DNA of 64,000 nt from Sphaerodactylus townsendi (lineage: Eukaryota): assembly GCF_021028975.2 (NCBI RefSeq), contig NC_059428.1, positions 558,001-622,000 on the forward strand, given 5' to 3'. How positions within the stretch are numbered: the stretch's first letter is position 1; each line of letters opens with the position of its first letter. A model generated the notes under the pieces. That model did not search any database. It was not told where the DNA came from and worked only from the letters and a program-made list of their open reading frames with translations. The position numbers and the translations under genes are program-made. Shown one piece after another: positions 38,470 to 49,600 of this stretch.

Positions 38470-39951
38470 CAGGGGTGTAGCTAGGGTAAATGGAGCCTGG
38501 GGCAAAATCTGAGTTTTGCGCCCCCCCCCCCATATGGGCAGCGTCCCTCCCCCACCATGACCAAACAACATTTTTTGCACCAGGTCATCTCAAAGTCACC
38601 ATCGCATTATAGAAAATGCCCCAACACACAAATCTGAACACACCCAGGGCTCCCTAATTTAAACAACATTGAAAGTGATGCCATTTTTTGAAGGCAGGGA
38701 ATCCACCCTGAAACAGCATCACTTTTTAATGTTGTTTAAACTACAGAGCCCAGATTCTCCTTTTAAATTCACCTTAAGGGGATACTCTGGGCTCCCTAGT
38801 TTAAAGAACATTGAAAATGATGCTGTTTCAGGGTAGATTCCCTACCCCAAACAGCATCATTTTCAATGTTAGTGTATTAATAGGAGTTTTACAGAACTGC
38901 ATTGAGTTGTGGCCTGTTAGTATCTTGTTCCTAATGTGTTTCACCTGCATCTGTGGCTGAAGGAAGGTATTTTCAGAGGGTAATACAGCTAGAGAGAGTC
39001 TACTATACACTGTTTCCAGCCTTCTCTTATAACAGACTTCTCTCTGTGATACATCTCTGAAGATGCCAGCCGCTTAGATGGCAGGCAAGTAAAAAACGTT
39101 CCTAGGAACAAGATCTACCAGAACTCCATGGCCACACAGCCTGTAAAACCCACAACTACTCAGTTGGAATCTGGTTTTAAAATGCTTCCAACAAATACCT
39201 TTCAATGTTTCCTTTTTTTTTTGTATCTAGGGAGCCGAGATTCTCACCTTTAAAATCCACTCTAGAGGTGGATTTAAAAGAGAGAACCTTGGGGAAAATT
39301 TGAGGGGTGCCTGTCAGGAGGAGCAATGTTTAAGCTAACAGTTACCAAACTTGTAGGCATATCTTCAGGAGACTCTCCTGATGAACAGACCCAGGTTTAG
39401 TGAAGTTTGGTTCAGGAAGCCCAAAGTTATGGATCCTCAAAAGGGTAGCCCCATCTTACCATTAGCTCCCATTGGAAACAATGGGGGATGGGGCACCCCT
39501 TTTGCGGGTCCATAACTTTGGACACCCTGAACCAACCTTCACCAAACCTGGGTGGTATCAGCAGGAGACTATCCTTATGATACCACCTAGGTTTAGTGAA
39601 GTTTGGTTCAGGGGGTCCAAAGTTATGGGCCCTGAAAATGGTAGCCCCATTTACTATTAGCTCCAATTGGAACAATGGAGTATGGGGTCACCCATTTTGG
39701 GGGTCCATAACTTTGGACCCCCTGAACCAAACTGCACCAAACCTGGCTGGTATCATCAGAAGAGTCACCTGACAATACCCTGAAATTTTGGTGCTGCTAA
39801 CTTAAAATCTGTGCCCCCTGCAGGCCGAAAATGAAAAAATAAAACCTGAAAAATAGAAAAAGCCACAAACGAACCTGCAATTTTTGCACCCACCACAAGG
39901 GGGCGCCCGGGGCACTTTCCCCCGGATGATCCCATGGTAGCTACGCCTCTG
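38470..39951. mobile_element. Non-autonomous hAT element with a nested Penelope-like piece
   Basis: TIRs CAGGGGTGTAGCT / AGCTACGCCTCTG; perfect 8-bp TSD CTGGAAGG at 38462-38469 and 39952-39959. Confidence 0.88.
38880..39170. mobile_element. Penelope-like inverted terminal repeats nested in the hAT element
   Basis: Homologous to 1349-1563; CTGAAGATGCCAGCC core at ~39057. Confidence 0.65.
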
Positions 39952-40037
39952 CTGGAAGGGAATTACATTAGGGGTCTTCAGGAGACAGGGAGCCAGGGCC
40001 ACCATTCCTCAAATGGCTTGGTTTAAGAATTGTAATT

Positions 40038-40069
<32 letters not shown>

Positions 40070-40533
40070 CCACACACACCCACACACACACCCACACCCC
40101 CACCCTTCAAGTGAAGCCCTGGGCTGGCTGTCACCCCACACATTTCTGTTTTCCCTGGCTTGATAAATAAATGGATGCAACAATGCTAGAGCCACACAAA
40201 AAAACAACAATGGGCAGTTTTAATATCCCCACTGCCTGGTACACAGCAAAGTATGCCAGCCTGGGCGGGGGGAGGGGGTCCTGGAAAGAAAGGCCGCTTG
40301 CTCCCTGGGCAGTAGTGACAGCACTTGGCATGAGGCAGAATCTCAGCCACTGTTTTGCCTCTGCACCACACAGTGAGATTTGCAGCCACCAGGTACTCCA
40401 AATTGGAAAGGTCGAGGATTGGGGGAAGTTGGATAGGCCAAAGCAGAAATGCAGAGTTTCCCTTCGCCAAAGAGCCATCTCTCCAGTCTCCATCTGGATT
40501 TTGAAGGAGGGGAGAGATGTGGAGGGGTTGGCA

Positions 40534-40697
40534 CTACTCCTTGGGGTAATGCCTTGACAGGTAGACGTTTTTCCCGTCATACTCAGCGGTAGTCAGGCAC
40601 TTGAGGAAGAAGTGCCCGAGGTCGTGCTTCGAGATGACTCTGGAGCCCCCTGATGAGTCCACTGTGACTGTGTAGTCTCCTGTGAGCGGCTGGTCAC
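40534..40697 (-). CDS. BLVRB: Biliverdin reductase B exon 5
   Basis: ttccag|GT GAC; [53 protein letters not shown]. Confidence 0.95.
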
Positions 40698-40825
40698 CTG
40701 GAAGGGGAGAGAATACAAGTTGGACCTGGGGGACCTCTGAGCACCAGCGTGCATATTGTGAAGGCTGCTCTTGGGAATTCCAGTGCCAAATTCCATTTTG
40801 TTACAGCTGTAGTTTATTACAGCAG

Positions 40826-41120
40826 CAGTGGCGTAGTGGTTAAGAGCAGGTGCATTCTAATCTGGAGGAACCGAGTTTGATTCCCCACTCTGCCGTTTGA
40901 GTTGTGGAGGCTTATCTGGGGAATTCAGATTAGCCTGTGCACTGTCACACATGCCAGCTGGGTGACCTTGGGCTAGTCACAGTTCTTCTGAGCGCTCTCA
41001 GCCCCACCCACCTCCCAGGGTGTTTGTAGTGAGGGGGGGGGAGGGCAAGGAGATTGTAAGCCCCTTTGAGTCTCCTGCAGGAGAGAAAGGGGGGATATAA
41101 ATCCAAACTCTTCTTCTTTT
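40826..41120 (+). mobile_element. Squam3-like SINE
   Basis: GTGGCGTAGTGGTTAAGAG..GTTTGATTCCCC head; (TTC)n tail. Confidence 0.85.
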
Positions 41121-41603
41121 TCCTCTGTTGTACCTTCTCAATACACCAAGCCTGGTCTTGGGAGAGAGAGAGGGGAAAAAACACACAGTGCAATGCTCAA
41201 ACCTGAAAGGCCAATGTTTTCATCACCTTTCCTTTGTCAAGCCTGAAGCAGTCTTGGAACAGGAGTTTCCCCGCACACATGCAAAAGGCCAGCATATCCA
41301 AGACTACCATATGCAGCTTCCAAGAAAGAGTCCTACCACCTCATCTGCTAAACATTCACTGCTGGCTGCCCCTTTCTTTTAAAAGAGGAATGTTCATCTA
41401 CCCATTTCAGTACGAGAAGTGACATCCAAACTGAGTAGGACCAAGTTTTAATTAGATTTCCTCCCGAGTTACCAGTGAACAGGGGAACACAACTCAGGGA
41501 AAGGGTGCTTACACTGCTCAATTCTGCACTGGACCATGAATGGAAATAGAGCACCAACTTTGCTGAGAATGAAACAAATCAGCATATGCCAATTATTCTA
41601 ATC

Positions 41604-41689
41604 CAGGGGTGTCCAATTGGCCATGCCAGCAGGTGCTGATGGGAATTGTAGTCCATGAACATCTGAAGTGCCCAAATTGGACACCCCTG
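41604..41689. mobile_element. Short hAT-type MITE
   Basis: 15-bp TIR CAGGGGTGTCCAATT / AATTGGACACCCCTG; body related to the 37059 MITE; TSD degenerate. Confidence 0.75.
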
Positions 41690-42599
41690 TTGTACACATG
41701 TTGATTGATGCATTCTCACATAGTTTCAACCTATGTAAGGTTGACGTGCTGGTGAGGCATAGTGCCAAAAGTTCAGGACTCTTAACAAAGTTTGTTAGTG
41801 TAGCTGAAGAAAGCAGAATTATAGTTGTTTAATTACAAACCATTCTAATTCTGGCCTGCTAGCACCACTTTCAGAGTTTTAATGAGTATAATGATGTGTC
41901 CACATAATATTGTTAATTTGAACGGTTCCATCCATTGAATTTAGAGAATAAGCTGGTGTCAAAGTTAGAAGGGTTTACTGCTTGCCCCTATCCGCCACTG
42001 AGGCTTCCTGTCTGTCAAAGGAGACAGCAAGCGTTGTGACTGTCTCCACTGTGCTCGGGGTCCTGTTTGACATCGACTTCCGCCTATCAGCTTCAAGCCT
42101 GAGTTGCCTTAATCTTAGGGAGCTGCACTCAGGTATTTACTTTAATTTTTATTGCATTTATTCATTCTGAATTCATAGGGTCAATTTGGAGCTGTTTCAT
42201 TTGTTAAGTTCTTGCCTAATACAAAAAGTTATGTTTTATTTTAAATAAAAAATATTTTAACAGTTCTTTGCTCTGCTGGCCAAAGATGGGATGTCTGACT
42301 GATAAAATTTCTTCATGCTGCAAGAAAGAGAACTTTGTTATAGCAGACCTGATTAGGATAGACATTATTTAGTCGTGTTAGCCCCCAAGAGTTGGAGTCA
42401 GTCTAGATCTCCTGATTGGAGGTGGATAACCATTTGTTGCAAAGTTTTCTTGACACGTACAGACTCTAAAGAAGGGTCCCATTCCCAAGCACAGCCCATT
42501 TCCTTGTGTGCAAGTGGAGGGCAGCTACAGCCCATTCCAGCTCTCATGGGCAGCCAGGGGCCCCGCCCCACGGCACTCACAACGGCGCTGTGAGCAGAC

Positions 42600-42731
42600 C
42601 TGCGATGTGGGGAGGCATCACGTAGACACAGTCCAGCCCGGACTCTTTCAGGATCTGCTGCATCCGGATGTGATCCTCAGTCAGTGGCCGCAACTTGGCA
42701 GGAACCTTCTCCAAATCCCACATCAGGAATG
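42600..42731 (-). CDS. BLVRB: BLVRB exon 4
   Basis: FLMWDLEKVPAKLRPLTEDHIRMQQILKESGLDCVYVMPPHIA; AG/GT boundaries, phase 1-1. Confidence 0.93.
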
Positions 42732-43120
42732 CTGGGTCAGAAGTACATGAAATCCGGTTACTAACCCTAACCCTCCCACTGCACCCTGTCATGGGCCAGG
42801 CAGCCTGTCCCCCTGCACTGGGCCTCTGACTGTGGTGGCCTCCCCATCCACGTGAGACACATGAAGAAGAGCGCAAGCATAGCCACAGGGAAGTGTGACA
42901 GAGGCAGTGCGCTGTGAGGAAAGAGCCCCTGCTATGCTTGGATCTTAGAGAGCTGAATGCAAATCCTATTACTTGGGAGTTGTCAGATCTCTCACCCATA
43001 AAGCGCTTCAAAATCCTGCACCAGGTCTAAAGGGCTGTGGTGTGCAGCAAGGTACCAATCCGAAAGAAATGTGGCTGGCAGGACCCCCCCCCCCCCCCAA
43101 AGAGGTGAGGAGAGGCTCAC

Positions 43121-43210
43121 CTGAGAGACAAACCACGACCTTGCGGATCCCGTGGGCCTTCATGGCTTCCACCACATTCCGAGTGCCTTCAGACATCATG
43201 GTGGTGGGAC
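43121..43210 (-). CDS. BLVRB: BLVRB exon 3
   Basis: [29 protein letters not shown]; 90 bp; |gtgagc donor. Confidence 0.95.
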
Positions 43211-43297
43211 CTGATGAGCAAGGGGTGGAAGGGGGACAGTCAGGAAATCTTGGGGGGAAGGAAAGTGGGGTGCTGGGGGAGGTTCTGCCTCTCGTAC

Positions 43298-43461
43298 TCA
43301 GGTCATTGCGGGTGCCCAGAATGACAATCACAGCCTCTTGGCCCTTCACGGTCCGGTTGACGTCCTCAGGATTCAGCACGTCTCCCACAAGGACGTGGGC
43401 TGGCTGCCAGAGCTCTGCAGAGGCCGGGCTGGGTTCACTTCCAGCACCGTCACCTGGCAGC
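43298..43461 (-). CDS. BLVRB: BLVRB exon 2 (164 bp, net 1-nt deficit near its 5' part)
   Basis: [40 protein letters not shown]; ttccag| acceptor and A|gtacga donor. Confidence 0.92.
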
Positions 43462-43674
43462 CTGGAAGGAGAGAGGCAGTTGAGTGCAGCTCAGATCTGG
43501 GAGACTCAGATTAGGAATCCCCACTCAGCCATGGAGGGATTGCTGAGTGACTGGGCTGGTCAAACACTCTTATCCACACCTACATCTCTGGCTACGTATG
43601 TGGATGGAATGGGGGGAAAGGAGGATGAAGGAAGTCACTTTGGTCCCTGTTGGAGGGAAAGAGTAACTTAGGGT

Positions 43675-46600
43675 AAGAACATAAGAACAAGCCAGCTGGA
43701 TCAGACCAGAGTCCATCTAGTCCAGCTCTCTGCTACTCGCAGTGGCCCACCAGGTGCCTTTGGGAGCTCACATGCAGGAGGTGAAAGCAATGGCCTTCTG
43801 CTGCTCCTGCTCCTGAGCACCTGGTCTGCTCAGGTATTTGCGATCTCAGATCAAGCAGGATCAAGATTGGTAGCCAGAGATCGACTTCTCCTCCATAAAT
43901 CTGTCCAAGCCCCTTTTAAAGCTATCCACATTAGCGCCCATCACCACCTCCTGTGGCAGCATATTCCAAACACCAATCACCGTTAGTGAAGTGTTTCCTT
44001 TTATTAGTCCTAATTGGTAAAGGAGTCCAATGGTGTTGATGAGGAGGGCAACTTATTACAGCCTTGACTACATTCCACAGCCCGGGCGATGGGCCAGCTT
44101 CTCTGGCCCGAGGAGACCTTATCTCACGAGGAGATGAGACCTCCGTTCCATGGGAATCGGAGGGGGATGGGATGGACGGAGTTACCGGCTGTTTCTGGTG
44201 GGAAGTCTTATTCCTGCCACTAAATTTGAGCTTTCTAAGATGTCTGAATAAACGGTCTTTTACACCAAAGAGCCTTTTATTTCTGCTTCTATGGAATTCC
44301 TTACATTGTGGCAGGAATCCTTAATTCATCTATATTCCTAGTGCAGTGGACCTCTGGTGCCTTTTCGGCATGGGTTGGATGTTTCTGGGGAAGGTGCGGT
44401 AGGCCCCAAAGAGGGCTCCGACCTTTCCCCTCTGGATCTGGAGGAACCCGGCGGGAGAGCAGGGTCGCTGAGTGACTCTTTCCCGTCCCTCGTATCCTTG
44501 CGAGTCTTCCCTTTACTCCGTTTAGGAGGGACGTGAAAGACGACCATAGGGACTTACATGAGTGGTTTGAAGCTGTCTCTATGGATCGGCCTGTGGATCG
44601 AATCTCTACCGTTTAGGTGTAGGATTACAAACCTCCAGATGCAACCTGTCATGGAGAGCGGGCCTGACCACCTTTCATACGGCAACCCAGGAGTCCATTG
44701 AACCCGATTCCTGGACTCAGATTTTGGTGATGCTCCCAAAGAACCACCGTGGCACAGCACTGGGGCCCATCCGAGAACCACGGTGACACTGGGACTATAC
44801 CAGGATTGGGAGGGTATCCATTACCCGTCTTCGATCGGGACCCCCTGATCCCGAGCAGCGGCTGCACTGGCATGCCCGTGGAGCCACCGGTGGGCGCGAT
44901 GCCTGGCGTCCAGGCGGCGAGGAGTCGAGAAAGCCTGCCCTCCCAGCGGATCTGTTCCCTCTCCCCGCCAGAAGAGAGCTGGGATGAGGGAGTGGGCGTG
45001 CAAGTAGATGCCCAAGAAGCATGGGCGGCGCCAGCTATGGGAAGAGGGAGCGGAACAGCTGCAACAAGAGCGTGAAAACCTGCAGAGAGACGGGGAGCAG
45101 CAGCAAAGAAGTCCAACTCAGGTGGACCCGTGCCAAAGAGGCGCTCAAGCGACGTATAGCCCAGAATCTATCAGTCCCATGATAAAGTCCTGGAACACTC
45201 CAAACTGAACTTACAGCGTCAACACGAAAGTGTTCAGGCCCGCTAAGTACACAAAGTGAACTTACTGCAGCTGTTCAACGGAGACGAACTGGCTAAATTG
45301 GAGCGGGAGAAAGCAGCTTTGCATCGCACCAGGATGCATTGACTGGCATGAGGAGAGAGAGCTGGCTGCCTTGGAGAGGGAACTGAAGAAGCAATGGGGC
45401 CAGACCAGGAGCCAGCCCAAAGTTGGAGTCTGCACGCTGTCACAGGTACAGCCGGGCGCCAGAGGGGCGACGCTGCTGGGCCCAGCCACCTTTCCCCCAA
45501 GGACCGGCTCCCCACCGGGAACACCAGCTGCACACCGGCGCTGATACCCTCCACCCGATTCTCCAGCCCCTCACAAGAATCAGCTGCCTCAACCCGCTCA
45601 ACTCATGCGCCCAACCGCCGCCCCTGCGTCGCCTTCAAGGGCGTCAGGAGAGGGTGCTACTACGGAGCCTCTCCAATACCTGCCCGCTTCGGGATGGGAC
45701 CGGGCTTCCAAACTTCCCTAGCTTCATCTTTGCAACTTCATGCTCCACATGGAGGGACTATGATGATTTATACCGGGTCTGAGCGAGCTTAAAATACGGG
45801 GACATCGGCTCAGTCCTGGATGGGGGCAGCAGCCGACTGGTTTGTGACTCTTTTGAACCTTGCAAGATGAAGATTTCTCCGCCACCGGTACCCGTGAGAT
45901 TCACCTCCAAGCCTTGAGGGCTCGGGCTTCCAAGATCCAGGTGCGGAAAATGAAGCTTATCCGCGACCATCAAAACTATTCAACAAGAGCAACCGGCTTC
46001 GCTTGCAGAATTTGCCCGTTCGGAATTTAGCTATGGCGGGCGGCTGCTTTCGACTCCCTCCTGAGTAGGCCTGGAGCGCATGAAATGCGTTCAATACTTC
46101 TCGGATGCTGTCGGCCCGGCAAGCTGGCGTGGAAACGGTGTTGTTTTAATTCGGGTCCCCCTCGCACTCATTAAGCTGATTGAATTGCATTACCAGGATC
46201 CCAAAGTGGCTGCCTCGCGGCAGTATGCGTACGCTCATGCCGGGAGGGCCGCCATGCTCGTGACCGGCCGCCACTGCGTCCGCAAACTCAAGCTGCTTCC
46301 AGCCAGCCGCCCTAATGGAGATCTCACCTCGGATACTGGCTTTTCGTCGCCGACACTGGGATTGTGTCTTTACTGCGGGAGGTCCCAGTCATCTAGCCGC
46401 CTAACTGCCCAAAAAGCAGAAGCTAGCAACCACTCCGACGCTAGCGCACTCCATCTGCCAAGCCATCACAAGAAATCAGGAGGGTCACTCCTTAACGGGC
46501 TCGGTCTAAAGAAACAGTCATCGAGGCGACCCGAGGAGGAGGGGAAGCAGCTGTTTGCCTTTCTTCAGCCCCCAATGGACATGGGTTCGACTCCAGGCAG

Positions 46601-49600
46601 CGGTGGAGTGAAGGCAAAGCGCTCACATTACAATCCAAGCCAGCTTCTGGCCAACCCCGCTAAGCATGCTCGTGGTATAGCCTCAGCTCCCTTGTGGGAT
46701 TCTGGCTGCTCCCATTTGTTTAATGCGGCCCCAGGTGGCGGGAGGAGCTAGGGTCTAGACTAAGTCCCCTGGCTAAAGCTCATATACCTTTCACTCCAAA
46801 TGGGCTGACAGGTCCTTCGGGAGAAGCTGAAAGGACGGCCCAGTTCAAAGCATAACCCGAACTGTTCTCCTCGCTGCGCCGACCATTGGGAGAAAAAATT
46901 AGTTTTATTCTGGCGCCAGTGGCTACAAACACTCCATAGTTCTGGGTGCATGCCATGGTTTGTTGTTACATGAACCAAAAATTCCTTTGGAAAGAAAGGA
47001 TCTTGGAATTCACTCGACCACTCCCTCAAGTGGGAACTTACATGAATTGTAAGAGCTTCGGGACTTCTCCTCTGGACACACACACCCCTTAGCTTCATCA
47101 GCGGCCATTGCTTCCCCGATTCTACCGGCATCCCACCCGGTCGCACTCAAGATCTAGCCAGAGTATTTCCTCAGAAGTGAGTTAGAATCGCGATCAGTTG
47201 CCACCCCATAGAGACACTGACTGCAAAATGCGTAATACAGCCAGAGCAGCGAACTGCCCAAAGGTAGAACTCTACCGTATGAGTCCCAATGAGGGAGAAG
47301 GAACTGGCTGATTTCTTAGACAAGAACCTCGAAACAAAGGTTCATACGTATGGGCGGGCTACCAAACACACACATGCTGCTCCTGTATTGTTTTGTAAAA
47401 AAAAAAGAAAGATGGGTCTTTACGGCTCTGCACAGATTACCGAGGTCTCAATGCAGTCTCCCTGTCCAATAAATACCCTTTGCCTTTAATCAAGGACCTT
47501 TTAGATGCATTGGGCAAGGGACGCATCTTTACTAAGTTGGACTTGAGAGAAGCTTACTACAGGGTCAGAATTGCTGAAGGCTATGAACACTTGACTGCAT
47601 TTAAGACGAAGTTTGGACAGTTTGAATACTTAATAATGCCATTCGGGTTGGTGGGGATTTGGGCTTTTATGGCCCACCTTATCAACGAAGTTCTCCATGA
47701 TTTATTGTACAAGGGTAGTGGTGTACTTAGATGATGCCGTTTTAATTTATTCACAAACCATGGAGGAGCATGAAGCATTGGTTCGGGAAGTATTGAAACG
47801 CTTGCTCAACAACTCCCTCTTTGCCAAACTTTCCAAGTGCTGTTTCCACCAAACCTCTATTGACTATTTGGGTTGCGAATCTCGCCGAGGCCTACAAATG
47901 GATCCCTGCTAAGATTGATCGGTCACTCAATGGTCGGCCCCCCACCAGCGAAAAGAACTCCAATCTTTTTTTCTAGGTTTTGCTAATTTCTATCGTGACT
48001 TTATACTGAATTCGCTGAACTGACTCTCCCTCTCACAGACCTCTTACAGCACTAAGGGTAAAGATCCACTGTCCGCCAAGCCGAGGCCCCCTTTCCTGGT
48101 CTGAAGAATGTCCAGACAGCCTTTCAGCATTTAAAGTCTGCTTTTACCACCGAACCTATCCTAAAGCACCCTGACCCAGATCTCCCGCTTGTGGTTTCCG
48201 CGTGGATGCCTCGGACAAAGCGGCAGGGCAGCCCTGTTGCAGAGAAATAAAGATATTAGGTTGGTTCCGTGTGCTTATTTATCAAAGAAATTCTCGATTG
48301 CTGAACTCAACTGGACTGTGGGGATAAAGAGACTGCGGCCATTAAAGTAGCACTCTCCACTTGGCCACTGGCTGGAGGGGCTAAACACTTTCCAGGTTTG
48401 GTGGGATCACAAGAACTTGGTCGCCTCTCTCACCCCCCCCCCTCAAGATGTTCGCCGTTGGGCCGATTTCTTTTCGTTTCGCTCACGGTCCATTTTTCCC
48501 CGGAAAAACCAATAAACTGGCTGATCGCTCTCGCTACCGAGGGTGGAGCCAGCTTACGGAGACATTCAGCACTGTTCTCTCCCCCCCTCAATAGGGGCTG
48601 GCTGTCACCCGATCTCAGACATCCACTCGAAATTATCTCCGCCCATTCCCAGCCTGGTCTCTCCTCTGGGGAACTTGAGGAGGCGGGCGACGCCTCGGGC
48701 GGAGGAAGGCTACTCCCAATTCGTTTGGAGAATAGGCGTTTGGTAGCAGAGTTGTTGGTGCGTGCCTCCTCCCTCCGCCAAAGCAGGTTCTCCGAAGGCC
48801 TGCCATGATGCCCGCCGGCTGGACATTTTGGCTTTCTAAAACTCTGCATTTGGCCGCCGTCAATTCTGGTGGCCAGCGATGCTGGGACGTTGAGACGATA
48901 TTAAAGGTTGCTCTGTTTGTGCAGAAGCCAAGACCGTCTCGGAAAGCCCCATGGGTTGTTGAAACCCCTCTCCGTGGCCTCCCGCCTGAGGAAGTCATCT
49001 CCATGGATTTTATTACAGATTTGCCAGAAAGTCATGGCAACACCCGGTCTTGTGGGTGGTGGTGGACTTATTTTCTAAACAAGCCCATTTTATTCCATGT
49101 GCTTCCCATCCCTCGGCGCTCCTAAGTTGGTTTCGTCTGTTCATTCAGCATATTTACCGTCACCTCCGCCCGTTAAAGGTGGTCTCCGGATCGCAGCTAA
49201 TTCATTTCAAAGTTCTGGAAAACTTTTCTAGGGTTGTTAGGGGCACGCCCGTGATTTACCTTCTACCACGTTTAAAAGTGACGTGAGTCGGAGAGAACAG
49301 ACAAGAACCCTAGAAACGATATTTGCGTTGTTACACCAACTACCACCAAGACAATTAGTGCGAGCTCATTCCGCTTGCGAATGCGCCTATAACAATGCGG
49401 TTCATAGCAGTATGAAAAAAACCCCGCCGAAATTGTGTCTGGTGGCTCCTTCACGTTGCCGCAACTACTCGCGGAAACGTGGATCCTCCAGAGTTTCAAC
49501 AATGGATTTCATCTCTGGCGAGGGGTGGAAATCGTCCAGACTGCCTTACAACAGACTAAAGACTCCCAAAAGCTGCAAGCGGATAAGCACCTTTCAGATT

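Noticed and set aside
42761-42774. Telomeric (TAACCC)2
   Set aside because: Only two units; chance level
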